DNA of 64,000 bases, from IMG/VR virus record IMGVR_UViG_3300020048_000007, positions 167,673-231,672 of that record, one strand, 5' to 3'. The position numbers were made by a program, and so were the translations under genes. The first letter of the stretch is position 1. Every line of letters begins with the position of its first letter. Shown one piece after another: positions 60,501 to 64,000 of the stretch. Under the pieces are notes generated by a model, which was given only the letters and a program-made list of their open reading frames with translations, searched no databases and was not told where the DNA came from. Source of the stretch: a virus (taxonomy: Duplodnaviria; Caudoviricetes).

Positions 60501-62345
60501 ACATGTACAAACCTGTTTGGAACATTACTACAAAATGACATTATAGGGAAATACATCCCTTTCTGTACGCCAGAAGTAATAGTAACTGAGACGACGCAGG
60601 GCGTGTCACAAAATGAAATCCAATCGATCATCGTACCAATATCAACAGGCGGTTTTTATACTTTAACCTTCGACTATAACGGTTCCTACTCTGTCGAAGT
60701 GCCTTACAATGCTGATGCTGCCGGTCTAAGAGCAAGCCTCGCTGGCCTGCCCAATATCGGCACAACGAGCAACGTATCTGTCAGCGGCAGCGGCTCAACC
60801 AGCGCTCCATTTATCATCGAATTCACTGGTGACCTGGCCCTAATGGAGCTACCACTCTTCATAGGTAACACCGAATCGCTGAGCAGCGTTGCCTCAGGAA
60901 CTGTCATAGTACTGACGACCGGTTCTACCTCGGAACGTCAGAGAATCATAAATTCAGCGTCCACAAGATCACCACTGATACTTTCATTTGATAGCTTCGT
61001 GACCGGAAGCATACCATACAATGCGTCACTAAACGCATTTCAAGGAGCTCTCTCACTCATACCGTCACTCGGCTCACAAGTATCAGTTAGCGGTAACACA
61101 GTCGACAGAGATTCGGCTTTCACTGGACCATACGATGTCGATTTTACGGGTGGTCTCGCTGGCCAATCCCAACCAGCGTTGACACCGCTAGTAGTTGGTT
61201 ATAGCCAAGAGCTGCTGTGGTCCGGCGCAACAGGTGTTAACAGCAAACAGCTCATTAGAATTTCAGCGACTTCAGGGACGTTCACTATTACCATATACGA
61301 CACAGTTAATGGAGCACAATTAAGCGCCACGACTGCTCCTATAAGCTACGATGCGTCTGACATCATCGTCAGCAACTACATAGCGGCGGCTGCTAACTTC
61401 ATAACTGTTGCAGACATGATCGTTACAAAGCTACCCTCCACTTCAGATACTACTCTTCATGAATGGACCATCGAATTTGTCGGAAGTTTCGCTAAAGTGC
61501 CGGTGCAAAAACTGGTCTTAAACACTGGGCTGCTGGTTAAACAGGACCAATTGTCAATCACAAGGAACCAGACCGGTTTTAGTGTCAGTGAAAAACAAAG
61601 GCTATCATTAAAGTTCGTTACCGGTGGTTATTACTATCTGCAAGTAACCGTGGGACTAGAGACTTTAATAACGGCAGCTATTCCATTCGATGCAACTGAT
61701 GTGCGATTGGAACAGGAATTGTCAGCATTAAGCTTCTTCTCATCCGGCGACGTGGCTGTCAGAAGGACCCCTCTACAGCTTGACGAGCAGAAGGCTTATA
61801 TCATAACGTTTAGAAACTCATTTGGCGATTTGCCGATGATCAGGCCAATATACGACGGTTTTCTAATTTGTGATCCAACAATTCAGATTGCTGGCCCTCC
61901 ATATGATTACAAGGTGCCGATTTGCGAGACGGACCCACTGTCTCTTGCAGGATATAAAGACTTCTGTTACCCAGGCCCGAATGATGGTGCTTCACCATTA
62001 CCTGATTGCTGCGATCTGAGCAGAACTGGTGATAATACGATTGATGTCATTCAGTATCAACGTGAACTGTATAATCCTGATACTCGGCTTAATGGCAAGG
62101 TGGTTACGGTTAGACAGCTTGCAGCTATGAGAAGGCTGGCGGAGCACGATTTTTCTGTGTATTCTAGGGATTTCACTACTAGTTCCATCACGCCTATCTC
62201 TTATGATGCTGTGATTAGATCTGGGCTGAGTCTGCTGTTCGTCGAGAAGACCGTAGATACCTCCGCTGGCTTAGGCCAGATTGTGGGTCATCTATCATCA
62301 TCTCAAGAGCTGCTGCCAACTAGAGTCTTATGGAATCTCAAATAA
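48525..62345 (+). CDS. giant (4606 aa) repetitive virion/tail-fibre-like protein
   Basis: Uninterrupted 13.8-kb ORF with an AGAGGA RBS. It has Pro-rich linkers, two LamG + jelly-roll modules and four C-terminal E.Q.I....GG.FTL.F...T..I.YNA repeats typical of phage tail proteins. Confidence 0.85.
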   Translation: MATDPFANIGFRENFSQAYYTEIIIARNKKSIRFASSTPTVTNSYRQLMGGNLYRVAELLSITGPKQPVAIENKLQYKKDQPYSLYDQGQISDEFRIQNVDPTLSLENRESYWARVSSPLGREWAAYYAGTDAKIGYIANFIDRNLDDFTGTNFAGFVSGTLNNDNDKPNLYDTVKIGNIFGSTVQGSQTASVSVEPGMYKSFISCKVTQDTRYFDPTGAEIIQTAESGDLFADEFVLNFYIFPGYHTFYYGSWKITIEPTNTTGTHRVFIQHARYYASAEYNMQPIVRKFSADFDWDGTLSEFNLITIKYLFTPRPQGSASTGTINIGTSTSKVSLFVNAVPVFASGSDSIWPPSYPKVYRGSSGAGLPSYTQKPYIDLKMAPDNTPVFIVWDNAVPFGITKSEFAFILITDKLVDLKGLYTHLIRFERIMPNLTIETTPNPVVPPTPPVGGITSKFYNRATYSLAPAVLMELNKILLDFMLSQPNIRISSGPLESDPILNRMMATASTTKKYSSAIEYDKNVLDLLREPILVIDDTNSLLPYYLLEYGLPNENVGRLRVRITEIKSPNVIDEVSSEIELQGYAEYIVKTITTDSWTAGTVTLSSIFRFLVDDSGMYEPKLDPYVVNNPNQLSLNEFGQVYVESMRVTWAFPRDVNSPFVIPDSFFTRYNRVVDVVTQEVEIAQLFDTERDLLPNGLPVDLNMSNKPGTTPPISPPNPGTTPTLYYNRAEWSILPAKVAEIEEVIKDFMTSREVIKSAGEDFYLVMQNALLTDNRVVKTFELGIGIDPHSEEGILDVVDTPLATSTDVEIFYTPKDALGIPNSKDYAIRLSAKIPLNEPNRNLSEVVLKSSATYRFDIPSNFDNPDGDLSEYGAGQFNITLDFLIIQNDVARPINSDKNPYIVGNNGEFELDSAYRMGAVTATVVATFGSDTGFFEDYLLDYNPIESNQFGAGTLVDITPFITGGVPVSINMSNAPGTVGIGVPGGTPLPPSGGSLSPSKNYTATFTLADQPFKIFEIDNLKGLLNFYSFQDILNYTLYDLLLTQYSQKVPISRYASDVFKLALIEQGKIPGHPSDQTAGFLKAYTAYFNDQDCVLPEGSPLDPSCQALTIEYIIAPKETNKVLTLGTNLLKMGMVINLGCNGGANCVVVGGKQIPRVNGVPTAQLSYDFTMEMIVTEDTSGVTPPTSPSIIVTYNLSGPIALWGFLIGQYSLINVSRYTGGAYNKVIAYDEATMKSGTNFLVKAFGTDSPLYEAGNIAPIKLSARGQRLWGSDPDDFTNDYTQIDFFVTAYIDTRFTKTLTGSLISDLDAPNTTRAAIVYVIEPVTVPFPRFDGTIVPSKKLPTVTYTDYTNVLMTKRFPSDGGDGGDGGDGGDGGGATVKKYNGKWNLGPDFIRAIENTYIEFLQVPTFNWRFDNVASKGLGSYDKLLWELVSGGVNPIVNNWQTAGYPTGVGLQRPIDSRSVQYWMEDVLKYNGVGTGPTGAPVTLAYSSSFQGSNLKLTVYMNIAVRDIRLEAEKSTSVTLDISNIYGEVSEGGINKTYLFANRSTSFTISVDVYEAMQTFSAPQEMMLAQTVPDSYIWQPPKYIIVNSDSLKYNDGLNDVYYFRDGYQTALRQTYSFVGTRTSQNDVIATYRHGDASSYDPETTNYDVVVGGFDLVYHKGTPNTLTLLPIEIIESKTKKKFVCFGSIREVGNILNASIKSNVVMTFITDNGSTSDTDGAYWVYDNTWKEWSHTIPINTGDELNLYCYSCLTNQVGTLETNINIITKFNVKPTPNNPPPSVDPTEIFPAEFSYDQLIQKVPALPVVYPPGFPNPSVYRFEYPKTMAVKAKSSTDTYEFFLESIDSTQRIATYKLYEFVNNELTVGGFTVEYTPHVSFKLSKVDVYSADLDRDFECFGIIHIIYDNDGALLSADTWEIIPTFEDPNDFANWYLTVVQDPLTGGNHFNTYCNDGTNFKCSANNLKFVMRIDANFKHYAPEPPAIIVAPPVSGPPIPLPIYSTGYNVASDRQIAFIGEPDSNWKITSFITGPEAAPTHYWKLNNGLTDSVGSLPFIAHPAMLIVQGANRVRFGRIADFTYKVGAVWSNIQTQTTSENAIYPNNPGIVSGTTTLGKGIEHGLYAYVASQTSNRILDSNAWTITGWLKMPIAPYVSNYGSSIPEEMVFSISPFTPLPLQPPSVTSSYVFGPELIVDSASRISVYVNYAFRDTTPFESYPYGEKFPKKAGHIYVYFKSTRTSEPTFAGKETGLNAVLVDEAGDLIYRDLLTGDITSEGGITSRSCNFLEIPGPDLIRANVWSFISIKKQEAFNDRLVISINGRDYTAIFQSAIVTDELLKKINFIQAMAPLDDLRTYDSELSDLELKLISRVGSAEGGVVPREYSPGGVVSGVISNQVFAYDHFNPSEEIQPYWWPAGYTYDNTIVPDRTNLYQQYNARWVSPPPKLGIDASPVAKSFHYATEFDLTGITLNTVKISFLCSGDDRIIDIIVNGTSTGYNNISEIGGLPATNTTAYDNLRYRNLWDVKLPTGSGHLFVQTINTIDIVVENQAITDLSVATNPTGLYVYVYEKTGVPLPILEDPRAIILDIVDTGHNKILNQPIPIGSSDSNWVIEKVERPEIAPSHYWKFNNSLNDLAPAVGSTPLPFVQYLVQSTFKAGVVVGNAGNPQNTGVVQNAIFPFIPGSPTSEYGKHILVISEGGTNSKLINSSVGWTITGWIKIPLYDGSIPSLAELTTISAISLNVFAANTPTMKFKFCYFGAGNRKTGALYLDFTYGELDSGSAMTIPDQSTNFIEIIPNQGAFSQNEWVFFSIRRTPRTTAPSGAISDGTIILTINGIDYTIKEPYIPGASSTFDTMSWIDFSCPADDLRIYGNKVLSNSELKFISKYDFTSIIPGENDHATAVGVPREYLNTYITAPSPVFAYDYVNQYSPAQPYWWPQAVPNQASLYGEYKARWVSPPSTTGINISRLENTGFHYYKTTFNLANIDLETVKISFLCTGDDQISDIIVNGKSTGYNNLSQVGGLPGSDSAYQNSRFRNLWDVKLPVGKTHLYVQTINTLTIVVQNKNLEDTIAISNPTGLYVHFYEKKGIPVPAQPIIDPIFFTISQQLYQDPTVIPIDPEPIVLPKPAPRPVDLTRSSKCLELAAYSYFALGPVNTNKLTTFNRASNIWAFATTNKPNTFGQNRNRYGFTTSDAVWVRPTTEPNTCKYQLNCRDTSSATMAKNNVIYRTITAPADSWITIGWRQETPLPGFRLTGDVVGIKVATVIKSAVGPDHIKVTTDTQTVFGMPTKRVIPPCYTAVAEYNKTIVSIEIIIYSTGIVYENFIDDIVIEYGPGYCDEINCIDTFTGTDTILKYTGMSRELVSKDSTEAKLIQYGPAELNFGSRYYINAGVTASQTIELGGFLNKNAKVSISISGYSATKTNGVTVRLETFDENMQPLELFTENLGVTNPGSFYTTDTFDNASQVNLLTTSKFVLGQAARIIKVLVTSQLNKFYLGFIDVCTDQDVTFIKTPPTLDCKGNVNKLRVLLNVNGVPREEVNIFQAFCRYTVLTNTTYRTQQIVETTSTADGRTGTALPTKCDDAALCNYWKQQGVNDTVDQLILTRTITDNDAAVDISRIASGSYNLLTGIDNWIWASPLNRGFGPDQYILQFPDTQNKVAEDNYVESLEIFLSANRAQVSNATCLPAIGLAYKFADFITVSSTSAILPISIPKLNVENPTTLRFDRVSLNKIGNITTANYVLARRTCSDKFVLTGGFTVEHHPENGEYFVIKAYDWSKSPNTLLGVVDSCRNILDYSTLFTLGSLTTANNLAANDTTRTAFFFKPTNNAYSSTGPNNTQFFELLVPQSSQFDIFSANNNTNNVPVTLVIDKANVQSYEISATFTWDNTSGEIVTDLTGESDCKDPADAISVTIEYINAVGAKKRFTREIPLTELNTIEETNTEDWNALRAFGNGLKGDYATWASTKFELDKPYGGGLDQCLPPFIPPEFRATCTNLFGTLLQNDIIGKYIPFCTPEVIVTETTQGVSQNEIQSIIVPISTGGFYTLTFDYNGSYSVEVPYNADAAGLRASLAGLPNIGTTSNVSVSGSGSTSAPFIIEFTGDLALMELPLFIGNTESLSSVASGTVIVLTTGSTSERQRIINSASTRSPLILSFDSFVTGSIPYNASLNAFQGALSLIPSLGSQVSVSGNTVDRDSAFTGPYDVDFTGGLAGQSQPALTPLVVGYSQELLWSGATGVNSKQLIRISATSGTFTITIYDTVNGAQLSATTAPISYDASDIIVSNYIAAAANFITVADMIVTKLPSTSDTTLHEWTIEFVGSFAKVPVQKLVLNTGLLVKQDQLSITRNQTGFSVSEKQRLSLKFVTGGYYYLQVTVGLETLITAAIPFDATDVRLEQELSALSFFSSGDVAVRRTPLQLDEQKAYIITFRNSFGDLPMIRPIYDGFLICDPTIQIAGPPYDYKVPICETDPLSLAGYKDFCYPGPNDGASPLPDCCDLSRTGDNTIDVIQYQRELYNPDTRLNGKVVTVRQLAAMRRLAEHDFSVYSRDFTTSSITPISYDAVIRSGLSLLFVEKTVDTSAGLGQIVGHLSSSQELLPTRVLWNLK
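52614..52658 (+). repeat. perfect 9-bp tandem repeat (GACGGCGGA)x5 encoding (DGG)5
   Basis: Five identical copies counted directly. Confidence 0.95.
54530..57805 (+). repeat. internal tandem duplication of a ~500-570-aa module (about 54530-56250 and 56285-57805)
   Basis: Both copies share TG...DSNW...HYWK.NN.L.D...WTITGW.K.P...DDLR.Y...GVPREY...PYWWP...ARWVSPP...VKISFLC.GDD...NLWDVKLP.G...VQTINT...NPTGLYV. Confidence 0.9.
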
Positions 62346-62965
62346 TATTCGGAACGTGTAATGTCCAATATGATGGTAGAGCTACGAGCACACTTATTGA
62401 TGGGAAGTACCTCATCATCATTAAGAGTGATGGTAGCCTCATAATTCATGATAGTAAGATGCTAAAGCCTAAGAACTATATAGGCCCAAAGGCTAGAATC
62501 TCTATGGTCGGCAATCAGATAATTGCTGAGTGTAAGAAGGAGAAGATTATTATCAATTTGTTAGAAGCTGAGAGCTTGCATTTAGCTGGCTGGGAAAATA
62601 AGAATATTGAGTTGACACGAACTGAGTTTGAGTTGCGTGATAAGCTCGCTGAGAATATTGAGTGGTACTTGGGCGTTGTGCCGGTTAAGGTGGAGAAGGA
62701 GTTTAAGACGAAGTATGGTGTTATTGATCTTTTGGTGGTGGATGATTGCGAGGTTACGCATATCATTGAGGTGAAGAGGGATAAGGCTTCTGTTTCTGCC
62801 TGTTCTCAGCTTTATCGGTATTATCAGAATCTTGGTGCTGCTAGGGTGATGGGTTATATTGCTTCGCCTAGGATCACTGATAGTGCTATGATGTTTTTGG
62901 AGGAGTATGGGTTAAAATTCATACCAGTCAGCTTCGAAGATGTATGTTCCTCTGGGGATGGTTGA
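62330..62965 (+). CDS. nucS: NucS/EndoMS-like mismatch endonuclease
   Basis: C.VQYDGRA.S.L..G..LIIIKSDGSLIIHD...PKNY (NucS N-domain), TEFELRDKL and EF.T..G.IDLL...IIEVKR (PD-(D/E)xK), plus QL.RY. Confidence 0.88.
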   Translation: MESQIIFGTCNVQYDGRATSTLIDGKYLIIIKSDGSLIIHDSKMLKPKNYIGPKARISMVGNQIIAECKKEKIIINLLEAESLHLAGWENKNIELTRTEFELRDKLAENIEWYLGVVPVKVEKEFKTKYGVIDLLVVDDCEVTHIIEVKRDKASVSACSQLYRYYQNLGAARVMGYIASPRITDSAMMFLEEYGLKFIPVSFEDVCSSGDG

Positions 62966-64000
62966 GTCTTTGATGGCTCTTTTTTTAGACTCGAAAAATC
63001 TTTCTTTGGTTATGTTAAATGGATCATCTTCGCTGGAGTTGTGCCAGTCGGGTTCTGCGTCGTTATTTTGTGGTTCTTGTTCTGGTGGTGCTTGTATTTG
63101 GCTTGGTCTTGTGTATTTTTTGGCTGCGGCGGCGGCTTCTGGGCCTCTTGAAGCGTATTTTTGGCCTTGTAGATATTTTTCTAGCTGTTGGGTGTATGTC
63201 TTTATGTTTGAGCCTCGGCTCTGTAGTAATTGGTCTGCTTCTTTGGTGTATTGCAGTATCATATTGTGTATGATATTTCGGAGCGTTGATAGGTTATTAA
63301 ATTCTACTTGTTTATCTTCGTCTTGGCTGGTCGATAAGAATTTTTGATATTCTGGGTCGCTTATCGATCTGACGTAGTCTGACATTCTTTCTTGTATAGG
63401 GATATTATTATAATAGTATGATTCTTGTGGGGGGGCCTGCTGCTGCTGCTGCTGCTGCTGCTGCCGTTGAGCTATGCCTCTATACACATCAATCAGGGCA
63501 TTGAGGCATTTGTAAAGGTCGTCCTTTGTATTTTGCTTGAGAAGAAAACCAAGGTCTAAATATGGGTTTACTTTTGACATTAAATATACTGTATTTTCTC
63601 TGACGCTCCATTCTCTTCGAGATGGCTTATATATTCCGTTCCTTATCCCTAAAAGCTCCTGTCCGGACCATTCTTTATTGCCGTAAGATAACTGCTGGGC
63701 TATCTTTTTGGTTGATATATTCACTTTGGTAGGAGTGAACGAAACGCCTGTGTCCTTGGCTTCTTTTTCCTTGGCTTGATTAGCTTCAATGGCTGTATAA
63801 TACTTTATAAGTCTTTTTAACATAACATTTACACTCTCATATGCTGCCTCATCACTTAGTTCATTGTTAGCTAGCTTACCATCCATTAATTCTGATAACT
63901 TCGATTTGAATCTTTCTTTTACTGTTCCTTGTTGTTGGGTTTTATTGGCTGGTGGGCTTGTTGTGGCTGGTGGGCTTGTTGTGGCTGGTGGGCTTGTTGT
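62912..64000 (-). CDS. hypothetical low-complexity protein (5' end beyond window)
   Basis: The frame of track ORF 62912..63886 stays open to base 64000 (TTSPPA x3, NKTQQQGTVKERFKSKLSEL-MDGK...); contains poly-Q. Confidence 0.75.
   Translation of the reverse strand, partial: TTSPPATTSPPATTSPPANKTQQQGTVKERFKSKLSELMDGKLANNELSDEAAYESVNVMLKRLIKYYTAIEANQAKEKEAKDTGVSFTPTKVNISTKKIAQQLSYGNKEWSGQELLGIRNGIYKPSRREWSVRENTVYLMSKVNPYLDLGFLLKQNTKDDLYKCLNALIDVYRGIAQRQQQQQQQQQAPPQESYYYNNIPIQERMSDYVRSISDPEYQKFLSTSQDEDKQVEFNNLSTLRNIIHNMILQYTKEADQLLQSRGSNIKTYTQQLEKYLQGQKYASRGPEAAAAAKKYTRPSQIQAPPEQEPQNNDAEPDWHNSSEDDPFNITKERFFESKKRAIKDSTIPRGTYIFEADWYEF
63437..63463 (-). repeat. (CAG)9 poly-Gln tract
   Basis: Nine CTG units on the + strand, in frame as QQQQQQQQQ. 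Confidence 0.9.
63947..64000 (-). repeat. 18-bp tandem repeat x3 or more, encoding TTSPPA
   Basis: GGCTGGTGGGCTTGTTGT occurs three times up to the window edge. Confidence 0.9.

Noticed and set aside
154-63347. Many short antisense or nested ORFs in the track (e.g. 154..468, 5392..5805, 13021..13701, 45005..45616, 57968..58369, 62940..63347)
   Set aside because: They lie opposite or inside well-supported genes and have no motifs or RBS; they are shadow ORFs.
1-64000. Alternative genetic code (stop-codon recoding)
   Set aside because: Long conserved genes, including a 13.8-kb ORF, are open in the standard code and end at TAA, TAG or TGA where expected. The dnaE split is not a single in-frame stop.
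1-64000. Eukaryotic giant-virus (NCLDV) origin suggested by C2H2 fingers, RCC1 repeats, poly-Q and many glycosyltransferases
   Set aside because: Shine-Dalgarno sites, overlapping operonic genes, DnaE, RecA and sigma factors indicate a bacteriophage.

Overview
64 kb of a large, T4-like (jumbo) dsDNA bacteriophage genome. It is densely coding and reads in the standard code. I saw no tRNA, rRNA or CRISPR array. The left arm is a replication/recombination block: gp41/DnaB-like helicase, RecA, a family-C DNA polymerase (DnaE) split into two genes without inteins, DinG/XPD helicase, Mre11/gp47-like nuclease and ATP-dependent ligase. The middle holds a paralogous pair of cadherin + beta-propeller adhesin-like genes, a LamG/collagen fibre protein, an MreB-like actin-fold ATPase, Rad50/gp46, about seven glycosyltransferase-like genes (one HMW1C/OGT-type GT41) and two divergent sigma-factor-like genes. 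The most striking element is a coupled operon with an adenylosuccinate-synthetase homologue bearing PurZ signatures (GSTGKG, NFANY), flanked by a nucleoside-deoxyribosyltransferase-like gene and two degenerate TIM barrels. This points to a possible 2-aminoadenine (Z) pathway in a jumbo phage that uses a split DnaE rather than a DpoZ-type polymerase. The right arm is a 4606-aa repetitive virion-like protein, a NucS/EndoMS endonuclease and a partial low-complexity gene. All family calls come from motif recognition by eye and remembered reference motifs; no database searches were run.
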